In this document: positions 20,001 to 26,594 of the stretch, one piece after another
How the letters are laid out: the number at the start of each line of letters is the position of its first letter
Numbering within the stretch: the stretch's first letter is position 1
Source of the DNA: Verrucomicrobiota bacterium
Lineage (GTDB): Bacteria > Verrucomicrobiota > Verrucomicrobiia > Limisphaerales > UBA1100
Reading direction: 5' to 3'
Assembly (NCBI GenBank): GCA_028872685.1
Contig: JAPKEI010000002.1
Location: 1-33,899, forward strand
Length of the DNA: 33,899 nucleotides
Position numbers and translations under genes: made by a program
Notes under the pieces: model-generated
Databases searched by the model: none
What the model saw: the letters and a program-made list of their open reading frames with translations, nothing else
What the model was told of the DNA's origin: nothing

Positions 20001-20247
20001 TCCAGTTTCCATCTGGGGAAAATACAGGGTATGCATCGAGCGCCACGTGTGATGTGACAGGGACGGCGCGACCGCCGGTGGAATTAGCAATCCAAATATC
20101 ACCGCGATAGACGAAGGCCAGCCGTTTGCCATCTGGGCTGAGCGCAGGGTGTCTCGCACCGGAAACAGGTTTGGAACTGGGTGGGGGTAATTGAGCCCAA
20201 GACGACGCGGTCAACGTCATCGTAATCAGTAGGAAAAGCGTTTTCAT
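17095..20247 (-). CDS. Tricorn-like protease homologue (TolB-like beta-propellers + PDZ + S41 peptidase), exported
   Basis: 1050 aa with signal peptide MKTLFLLITMTLTASSWA. It has repeated propeller motifs (LSPDGKRLAF, FSPDGNWIAF, WSPDGKTMVY, LSPDGKHLFF, WSPDNQWIAY, WSVDGKYLYF) and a C-terminal S41-type region (VIVLMNEHSYSNGEMFPYAMR). Confidence 0.85.
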   Translation of the reverse strand: MKTLFLLITMTLTASSWAQLPPPSSKPVSGARHPALSPDGKRLAFVYRGDIWIANSTGGRAVPVTSHVALDAYPVFSPDGNWIAFGSRRHGQWDVFVIPALGGGARQLTWHSGSELPFGWNADSSRICFTARRDSPRYGLYTVDVSTFRSELLCEDYAPMRYPRWSPDGKTMVYGRYGMPWYRPRYTGSAASEIWTLNLATKERERVRGTGHQHLFTQFLPDGKLLTVTTGEATPSAPKLNEKRGKNTDNEKRTPNLWIVDAKGEAKQLTHFTGDSVRYPSVAARTGDIAFEYKDQIWMLTKGRTDARPVSLIVLTDHKQSQRRRETLEEGVTEAEPAPDGKSMIFGLKGDIWQIPITKPSGVARETAGRARRLTRWPGDDSDFSWAKDSKKIYFTSDRENNTRIYELNLETQKLRPLWNRNEDVVRLRLSPDGKHLFFWMAGPDGGLQRLTLADDKLKTIVKLPGTHVRGRGGVEYEWSPDNQWIAYTTRTGSSSFNIWIVPADGGKPVNVTRLNAFHSDPTWSVDGKYLYFQSNRDGEGLYRLALKPDAFRKSDMDMKFTKPAKPVKVEIDFDGIHQRITRMSSQNPSSDLIAANDGQLYFLARGDIYRVSYDGRETKKITTGGRRAAFRVMSDGRKTTFMKGGEMYVGRIDGGPETKITFKADWVHDVNAERMAAFNEFWKTFHHRFYDANFHGRDWDALRIKYLKRMGSVDTPMEFSTLLQMMVGELEASHTEISPPSPASKPSTPHLGFTIDHSHHGLGLKVNSVPKGAPGSFEKTRIKPGEFIIAIDGSMVDANERLYSLLNAREDRMVEFLVNDKPQKDGSRKVRCQLLSQTDWSDLMYQNQVAVARRNVETASKGKIGYLHIAAMSSPDQTRFEREAYEYILGKDAMIFDVRNNRGGNISDTLIDWLERKPHGIYQSRDQSPEVAPERAWNKPVIVLMNEHSYSNGEMFPYAMRQRGLTEKLVGIATPGYVIWTSGFSLPGGFKARIPGKAVYRMDGSNMENNGEKPDVRVWITPDEWLTGKDPQLDKALELLQPKTTAQKP

Positions 20248-20306
20248 TTGGTCGGGGTGTTTTTACCTCAAAACCCGCCGTGGGGCAATGCGCATTGAGT
20301 GTCGGC

Positions 20307-20762
20307 CTAATCGTTGTGCCACTTCTGCAGTTCCACAATATTTTCTTCCGGGTCGGTCATGTATAACAAGGTGAGGCGGCCTGCATTGGGGATATCGATT
20401 GTTACCAGCTCGCCGTAGTCATCGCCTCCCAATTCCTTAATTTGTGCGCGCTTGGCCTCTACATCATCCACTTCAAAAGCAAGATGCGCTAACCCAGGGC
20501 GGTTTAAGGGCTTGGGAAAATTTTCGCTGTTTGTGCTGAACGTAAATATTTCAATTGTGGGTCCGTTCTCCCCGTGGCCCGGAACCCTTAAATGCCTCCC
20601 TTGCACGTGCGCTCCGGGAATGCCGGTTAGTGCGTCAATATGCGATCCCTGGTGATCGCGTTCGCTGCTCCACGGTTCGCAGTCGAAAACCGTCTCATAA
20701 AAATCGCAAAGGTTACGCCAGTCTTTGGCGATGATGTTGACGTGAGCATAACGCGTGGCCAT
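20307..20762 (-). CDS. VOC (glyoxalase/bleomycin-resistance/dioxygenase fold) family protein
   Basis: 151 aa with the two-module pattern HVNIIAKDW...DFY and GLAHLAFEVDDVEA typical of the vicinal oxygen chelate fold. The substrate cannot be predicted. Confidence 0.7.
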   Translation of the reverse strand: MATRYAHVNIIAKDWRNLCDFYETVFDCEPWSSERDHQGSHIDALTGIPGAHVQGRHLRVPGHGENGPTIEIFTFSTNSENFPKPLNRPGLAHLAFEVDDVEAKRAQIKELGGDDYGELVTIDIPNAGRLTLLYMTDPEENIVELQKWHND

Positions 20763-20774
20763 AGCTGATGGTAA

Positions 20775-21137
20775 TCAGTCGCCGCGATAAACACAACGCG
20801 CATTGCACGTCTCCGCCACTTCGATTGCCGCGAGTAAGGGCAACTGAGGCTTAAGCTGATTCCAAATCCATACGGCTATATTCTCGCTGGTCGGATTCTC
20901 AAGGCCGTCAATCTTGTTTAGATGGAAGTGGTCGAGCTGTTTCCAAATCGGGTCGAAGGCTTCGCCGATGTCCGCGTAGTCCATCACCCAGCCCAGCTTA
21001 GGATCACATTTGCCCGTGATAACTATTTCCACTTTGAAACTATGACCATGAAGCCTGGCACACTTGTGATCTGTCGGCAAATTCGGCAGAGAATGCGCGG
21101 CCTCAAATTGAAAAGTTTTTCGTAATTCCATATTCAT
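20775..21137 (-). CDS. queD: 6-carboxy-5,6,7,8-tetrahydropterin synthase
   Basis: From ATG 21137 the product (MNMELRKTFQFEAAHSLPNLPTDHKCARLHGHSFKVEI...LENPTSENIAVWIWNQL...ETCNARCVYRGD) is collinear with, and highly similar to, E. coli QueD as I recall it, including the CxxxHGH motif. The upstream part of track ORF 20775..21239 overlaps the preceding gene. Confidence 0.9.
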   Translation of the reverse strand: MNMELRKTFQFEAAHSLPNLPTDHKCARLHGHSFKVEIVITGKCDPKLGWVMDYADIGEAFDPIWKQLDHFHLNKIDGLENPTSENIAVWIWNQLKPQLPLLAAIEVAETCNARCVYRGD

Positions 21138-21139
21138 TT

Positions 21140-22501
21140 TTATTGTTCCCAGTCTGTCCAAGTCACTAAGTCGCCCAATGTTGGTCTTCCATCGTGGCGC
21201 CAGCCGATGGGTGGGTTTTGCATTTGGCCGATGGGGCATACTCGTGTCACGCCCCAGTGGGCCAGCTTGATCACTATCGCCTCCGCTTCGCTCTTGGGCG
21301 CGGCGAGCCCCACAGTGGATACCTGGCCGCGTGCCATCTCAGCCGCGCGCAAAGTTTCGTCAATATCCGTAACACTTTTCACATGTATGAATCGATTCAT
21401 GCACGAGGTTGCAAATTGCGGTTCCTCCTCAAAAACCACCGTCCATGCCGTGGATCCCTCGCTTTGCCATTGGCGTACATCGCCGGTGTGAGCTGCGCGG
21501 ATCTCGTAGAATGAACGTCGATGCGCGATCTCGCCCGACTCTGCATCCGAGATATTGCCGCGCGGTTCGGAATGCTCCAAACCATCAATTGCTTCGGACA
21601 ACATTTCGGCAAACTGTTCGGGTCTCACTGCGCCGTCACGTTCCACATAAAAAACATGGGGCGAGAGGCAACCAAGTTGGTTCCATGCCGCCACATCACG
21701 CGCGGCATTTTCCGCCAACTCACGGGCCATCGCGCGTGAAAGATAATCCTTGTGGATGTAACCAAAACTTACACGATGACCATGCTCGAGAAACCGCTTG
21801 CCGAGGGGCAATCGCGCGCGGATGGCATCGAGCGTTTCATCGCTGCCCACAGCGACTATGCAATCAGCCTCTTTTAAGAGCGATTCTTCAAGTGGATTGT
21901 CGCCGCCAGGCCAACGTGCCAACTCGAGGCATGCGGCGAGCTTGGCGTGTGTGTGGTAAACAGAATGGGCGAAAAGGCGAGGAATGAAACCCGCTCCTTC
22001 AGCGCACTTCACAAATTGCGCCGAACCAACTAGCAATCCATGCACAATGCTCATGAGCGTGGGGCAGGGGAGGTTGCCGGCGGTGATGTGGCCGATGAGT
22101 TCCGGTCCGCGTGCGAAGGCTATGCGGTTGTCCGAGCGTTCCTCGGGCGTGCCAAGTGGTGCATCTAGCCGACGTGAATCGCCCAGCTCCTGCGCCATGA
22201 AGTTGTGCAAATTTTCTTCGGTGATGCGGGAAAAGAAATCATCCAATCCGCGCGCCATGCTGGCGGGTGAAAACCCCGTGGCGTCTTGACTTGCTTCGAG
22301 TGCAATTTTCCGGAAAGGAAACAAATCGTCCTGCCAGTTGTCCGCCAGTTGCGCAAGCAACGTAATGGTTTGGGCGGTGGATATGTCGCGCAGGTATTGG
22401 GTGCGATTGCGTTTGAGCTGACGGCACGCCTCGGTAACCATGCTCGGTGTAAGTCGTGCCTCGGGTTGAGTATCGATGATAAAATAATTCGGTAACTCCA
22501 T
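21140..22501 (-). CDS. LuxC-like acyl-CoA reductase (aldehyde-forming, ALDH-fold)
   Basis: About 453 aa from ATG 22501 (MELPNYFII...). The overall sequence is of the LuxC acyl-CoA reductase type, with a candidate catalytic Cys in AAWNQLGCLSPHVFYV. The family was assigned from memory, not by a search. Confidence 0.65.
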   Translation of the reverse strand: MELPNYFIIDTQPEARLTPSMVTEACRQLKRNRTQYLRDISTAQTITLLAQLADNWQDDLFPFRKIALEASQDATGFSPASMARGLDDFFSRITEENLHNFMAQELGDSRRLDAPLGTPEERSDNRIAFARGPELIGHITAGNLPCPTLMSIVHGLLVGSAQFVKCAEGAGFIPRLFAHSVYHTHAKLAACLELARWPGGDNPLEESLLKEADCIVAVGSDETLDAIRARLPLGKRFLEHGHRVSFGYIHKDYLSRAMARELAENAARDVAAWNQLGCLSPHVFYVERDGAVRPEQFAEMLSEAIDGLEHSEPRGNISDAESGEIAHRRSFYEIRAAHTGDVRQWQSEGSTAWTVVFEEEPQFATSCMNRFIHVKSVTDIDETLRAAEMARGQVSTVGLAAPKSEAEAIVIKLAHWGVTRVCPIGQMQNPPIGWRHDGRPTLGDLVTWTDWEQ

Positions 22502-22505
22502 CGGC

Positions 22506-23546
22506 TTAACTTTCGGATAACGCCAGCGAGCAGCCGCGCGGTTCGTATGCGGTTGCACGCCCAATCAGTTCGAAGCCGTCACCCCGTCTCACCGCCAAGT
22601 CTCCGGTTAGGATAGCCAGTACGGAGCGAATATTGGCAAGGTCAAAGACTTGCAATAAGCCGACTTCGCCTTCAGCAACTTCGGCGCGGGTTTCCGGAGA
22701 AACAATCCGGATTCGCACCCAATCGGGGAATCTAAATGTTGGGCAATTGGTCCGTCCAACGATGCGGTCATACGCTTGTGATCCTAGTTCGCACATGCCG
22801 TATTCTGAGACAATATGATCGGGGCGCACGCCGAGATTTCGGGCAATCAATTCGTGCAATTCCGGTTTCGGGAGTTCCTGTGAACGTCCTTTGTAGCCGC
22901 CGGTTTCCATCACGCGCGAGCCTGTGGGCAGCGAGATGGGGGGCTTCATTCCATCTAGCCATTGCACAAAAGAGAATGAGGGTCCCATAATGAGCAGTGG
23001 CTTGTTGCTGTTGATGGCCCCGACGCAGGCGCGTTGAGCTGTATCGGCATTAACCTCCCAGCCGTTAGGGCTGTTTGTTCCGGCAAAATTTGATGTATGT
23101 TGCACGGTCGACATCATGTGTGCCAGCGAGGAGTGTGGAGCCTCCGCGGGCGGTGGCGTGAGAGACAGGGTGTGGCAATTTTTCGGCTCAAGGTGTGTTT
23201 GGAACCACGGCCGTAGTGAGGCTTCGTAAATAGCTAGTGACGATGTGTCATGCCAATGACGACTGAAGGCCGTGCCGGTTGTTCCGCTGGAATGAAAAAC
23301 TGCGGTGCGTTCTTCGAGCGGAAGACTGGTGATTTCGAAATCTCGAAACGCGGTGGTGGGGACGGCCGGAATTTCCTGCCAATGGTTTACGGAAACATGT
23401 CGTGTGAGGCAGAGGTCGCGGTATGCGGGAACATTTTGAACTTGGAGTGAATGCAACGCCAGTGCTAGTTCGCCAAACTCACCTTCGCCGGTGCGAATAA
23501 ATTGCGTCACGGCCTCGGTCGCCTCGTTGAATGTTGAAAATGTCAT
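22506..23546 (-). CDS. LuxE-like acyl-protein synthetase / adenylate-forming enzyme
   Basis: About 346 aa. It has an adenylate-forming P-loop-like motif FHSSGTTG and ETGGYKGRSQE (compare the LuxE GGWK motif), and the size is typical of the LuxE/PaaK-like family. ATG at 23546 (the track start at 23549 is GTG). Confidence 0.6.
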   Translation of the reverse strand: MTFSTFNEATEAVTQFIRTGEGEFGELALALHSLQVQNVPAYRDLCLTRHVSVNHWQEIPAVPTTAFRDFEITSLPLEERTAVFHSSGTTGTAFSRHWHDTSSLAIYEASLRPWFQTHLEPKNCHTLSLTPPPAEAPHSSLAHMMSTVQHTSNFAGTNSPNGWEVNADTAQRACVGAINSNKPLLIMGPSFSFVQWLDGMKPPISLPTGSRVMETGGYKGRSQELPKPELHELIARNLGVRPDHIVSEYGMCELGSQAYDRIVGRTNCPTFRFPDWVRIRIVSPETRAEVAEGEVGLLQVFDLANIRSVLAILTGDLAVRRGDGFELIGRATAYEPRGCSLALSES

Positions 23547-23583
23547 CACGGTTTTGCTTTGTCCATTGATCCAGGATCAAGTG

Positions 23584-23610
23584 GCCGGCTGGTTTTCCGC
23601 AACAGCCGGC
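23584..23610 (-). terminator. GC-rich hairpin downstream of the sulfatase gene (possible terminator)
   Basis: GCCGGCTG (23584-23591) and CAGCCGGC (23603-23610) form an 8-bp perfect stem with an 11-nt loop, 13 nt after the sulfatase stop on the minus strand. No T-run follows, so it is not a canonical intrinsic terminator. Confidence 0.3.
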
Positions 23611-23623
23611 AGGAAACTCTAGG

Positions 23624-24955
23624 CTACTTTGCTGGTCGTTGCCAAGGCACTTGGCCGGCACGTTGAAAATGATTACGGAGGGCGGATTTCAGTTCCTTGA
23701 ATTTACGCGGTTCTTTGGCGGCCAAATCGTTCTTCTCCAGCGGATCATTTCCAAGATGGTAAAGTTGCAGCGGTTCGTCGGGACGATTGTGCACGAGCTT
23801 CCAATCACCCCGGCGCAACGCGTGGTAATCCTGGCCGTTGTAAAGATGCCCGCCTTCGCGCCGCATAAATATCATGTCGCGTTCCAGCTTCTGAGGTTTA
23901 CCGAGGAAAGCAGGCAGCAGGCTCACACCCTCCACGTAGGAAGGCACGTTGGCTCCGGCTACTGCGCAGGCGGTGGGGTAAAAATCCATTGAGAGTCCGG
24001 TTAGATGACTCCGAGTGCCGGGCTGGATACGGCCGGGCCACACGGCGCATGTGGGTACTTTGAGGCCGCCTTCGTACATATCCTGTTTACCACCACGATG
24101 ATTGCCGCAGCGCGCCCCCACGTTGAGTTGGCCGCCGTTGTCGCTGCTGAAGATAATGAGCGTGTTTTCGTATTGGCCGTTTGCCTTAAGTGTGGCGATG
24201 ACTTTCCCAATGCCATCATCCATGTGCTCAATAAGCGCCACCAGTTTGGCGCGGGGTTCCGCGATGCCCTTTTCCCGTGCCTTCACTTTGGCCAACCAAT
24301 CCGGTGGCGGCTGGATGGGTGTGTGCGGGGCGTTATAGGCGAGGTAGAGAAAGAAGGGCTGCTTTTTGTCTTTGCGTTTGTTGAGATAGTCGACAGCCCA
24401 ATTGGAAAACAGATCTGTTGCGTGGCCGGGCGGATTGATTTCTTTTTGGTTTTCGCGGAAGTAGTTAATGCCGTGCCGACGGTGTTTGTAGTAATCGTCA
24501 ATCATATCGCAAAGAAAGCCTTTGAAAAAATCAAAGCCACGCTCATTAGGGGTGTTCGGCGATTCCAATCCAAGATGCCATTTACCGACAATAGCCGTGT
24601 GGTATCCGGCGGCTTTGAGCGGCACCGGGAGCAGAACAGCTTTGGGCGATAGCCAGCCCCAGTTGCTTTCAGGGGAAGTGCGGATGACGCCGGGCACTCC
24701 GACGAGGTCGGGATACGTTCCACTGAGCAACGCCGCGCGCGTGGGGCTGCATACGGGGCAGTTTGCGTAAAAGGAATCAAATCGCATGCCCGACGCCATG
24801 AGCGCGTCCAGATGCGGGGATTTTAAATCTTTCGCGCCATAACACGAGAGATCGCCATAGCCAAGATCGTCAGCAAGAATAATTAAAATGTTCGGCTTGG
24901 CTTGAGCCAGGATCGGCAACAGGAATACTGTCGCAAGGGTGATTAGAAGTTTCAT
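23624..24955 (-). CDS. Cys-type sulfatase (arylsulfatase A/GALNS-like), exported
   Basis: It has the signal peptide MKLLITLATVFLLPILAQA (ATG 24955; the track start at 24991 is TTG), the metal site LIILADDLGYGDL and the formylglycine motif CPVCSPTRAALLSG (CxPxR). Confidence 0.9.
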   Translation of the reverse strand: MKLLITLATVFLLPILAQAKPNILIILADDLGYGDLSCYGAKDLKSPHLDALMASGMRFDSFYANCPVCSPTRAALLSGTYPDLVGVPGVIRTSPESNWGWLSPKAVLLPVPLKAAGYHTAIVGKWHLGLESPNTPNERGFDFFKGFLCDMIDDYYKHRRHGINYFRENQKEINPPGHATDLFSNWAVDYLNKRKDKKQPFFLYLAYNAPHTPIQPPPDWLAKVKAREKGIAEPRAKLVALIEHMDDGIGKVIATLKANGQYENTLIIFSSDNGGQLNVGARCGNHRGGKQDMYEGGLKVPTCAVWPGRIQPGTRSHLTGLSMDFYPTACAVAGANVPSYVEGVSLLPAFLGKPQKLERDMIFMRREGGHLYNGQDYHALRRGDWKLVHNRPDEPLQLYHLGNDPLEKNDLAAKEPRKFKELKSALRNHFQRAGQVPWQRPAK

Positions 24956-25058
24956 GCGAGGTTGGTTTGTTCGTAAAAGGTGCTCAGTCAATGTGTCTGA
25001 TAAATTTTATTATGACCATCACGGCCAGAAGAATGTGGATGTTTTTCAGATGCTAATT

Positions 25059-26552
25059 TTATAGGCCCGCGAGCAAATCATCCACCTTATTTTTAACGGC
25101 TTTGTCCATCTCAATGATGGGTGGCCATTCGCGGTGGAAGCCGCTTTCGCCGGGGAGCTTGTGGGTGGCGTCGAGGCCGAGCTTGGTGCCAATGGCGATG
25201 TCGGTAGTGGCGTGGTCCAGCACATCTGCGGGGCCTCTGCTAAAGAGGGCATCCCGCTGGGGGTCGGTGCAGGCGCCGAGGCGGAAGAGGACTTCGCTGG
25301 TGTTATGGACGTCGACGTCCTCATCAACCACGATGATGTACTTGGCGAACATCATCTGCCCCGCGCCCCAAAGGCCGTGCATGATTTTATAAGCCTGCAT
25401 GGGGTAGGTTTTTTTGATGCTGACGAAAACAAGATTGTGGAAGGCGCCTTCGGCGGGTAGGGCAAGGTCGACCAACTCAGGAAAATTCATTTTCAAAATG
25501 GGCAGGAAGAGGCGAACGCTCGCGCCGCCCAGATAAAAATCCTCCATTGGCGGTTGGCCTACGATGGTGCTCGGATAAATGGCGTCCTTGCGATGGGTGA
25601 TGGCGGTGAGGTGAAAGGCAGGGTAAGGCTCAGGCAGGGTGTAGTAGCCGGTATGGTCACCGAAGGGGCCTTCTTCACGGAGGGGTTCGGTCGGGTCGAC
25701 GTAGCCTTCGAGGACGATGTCAGCATCGGCGGGTACTTCGATATCGTTGGTCTCGCACTTGACGAGCGGTACGGATTTTTGACGGAGCCATCCGGCGAGC
25801 AGGAGTTCGTCGAGTCCGTCGGGCAAAGGCGCGCAGGCGCAGAAGGCGTAAACAGGATCACCTCCGAGAAAAACGCTAACAGGCATCCGCTCGCCTTTTT
25901 CGTAGTAGCGCCGGCCATGGCGGGCAGCAACTTTTTGCAACTGCCAATGCAACGCGGTGGTTTGTTCGTCGAAAACTTGCATTCGATACAAACCTAGGTT
26001 GCGGTCACCCGTGTCAGGATCGTGAGTGACAACGCAGGGAAGAGTGAGAAAGCGGCCGGCGTCTTGAGGCCAGCATTGCTGAATTGGGAAATTTAACAGG
26101 GTTGAGAGTTGAGGGTTGAGGGTTGAGGAGGGTTTGCCGTCGAAACGGTGAACGACTTCCTTGCATGGGCCGCTCTTTACTTTCTTGGGTTTGGCGTGGC
26201 GAAGATCAAGGGCGGCACCGAGGAGTTTGAAGGCTTCGCCAAGACTGGAGGGGGGCTTGGCTTTGACAAGCTTGTTGAGTTCTGCGGCGGCATCTTGGAC
26301 CGTGGCGCGGCCTAGCACCATCGCCATTCGCTTTTCGCTGCCGTAAGTGTTGATGGCTAGCGGGAAGGGGCTGGGTTTGCCGTTAACTGTGGGTTGTTCA
26401 AACAGCAGCGCTTGACCGCCGCCGGGCTTTTTCATCTCACGGTCGGCCACCTCGGTGATTTCCAGCTCGGTGGCCACCGGCGCGCTAATGCGACGTAGTT
26501 CACCTTCAGCTTCAAGCTGTTTCAAAAAACCCCGGAGTGATTCACATGCCAT
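25059..26552 (-). CDS. UbiD-family (prenylated-FMN dependent) decarboxylase, probably quinone biosynthesis
   Basis: About 497 aa from ATG 26552 (MACESLRGFLKQLEAEGELRRI..., a typical UbiD N-terminus). It shows UbiD-like sequence throughout (FPIQQCWPQDAGRF, GPFGDHTGYY). Confidence 0.85.
   Translation of the reverse strand: MACESLRGFLKQLEAEGELRRISAPVATELEITEVADREMKKPGGGQALLFEQPTVNGKPSPFPLAINTYGSEKRMAMVLGRATVQDAAAELNKLVKAKPPSSLGEAFKLLGAALDLRHAKPKKVKSGPCKEVVHRFDGKPSSTLNPQLSTLLNFPIQQCWPQDAGRFLTLPCVVTHDPDTGDRNLGLYRMQVFDEQTTALHWQLQKVAARHGRRYYEKGERMPVSVFLGGDPVYAFCACAPLPDGLDELLLAGWLRQKSVPLVKCETNDIEVPADADIVLEGYVDPTEPLREEGPFGDHTGYYTLPEPYPAFHLTAITHRKDAIYPSTIVGQPPMEDFYLGGASVRLFLPILKMNFPELVDLALPAEGAFHNLVFVSIKKTYPMQAYKIMHGLWGAGQMMFAKYIIVVDEDVDVHNTSEVLFRLGACTDPQRDALFSRGPADVLDHATTDIAIGTKLGLDATHKLPGESGFHREWPPIIEMDKAVKNKVDDLLAGL
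26101..26128. repeat. Tandem heptanucleotide repeat (GTTGAGR x4) inside the UbiD-family CDS
   Basis: GTTGAGA GTTGAGG GTTGAGG GTTGAGG is read directly from the sequence. It encodes ..STLNPQLSTL.. on the minus strand. Confidence 0.85.
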
Positions 26553-26594
26553 GCGGCGATAGGATAGCAAATGAAGGGGCGGGAGGGCAAAAGT

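Noticed and set aside
20286-20297. A perfect 12-bp palindrome CAATGCGCATTG between the VOC gene and the tricorn-like gene start, as a possible operator.
   Set aside because: A 6+6 palindrome is expected about 8 times by chance in 34 kb, and about 0.3 times within the intergenic fraction alone. Without conservation data it is not significant.
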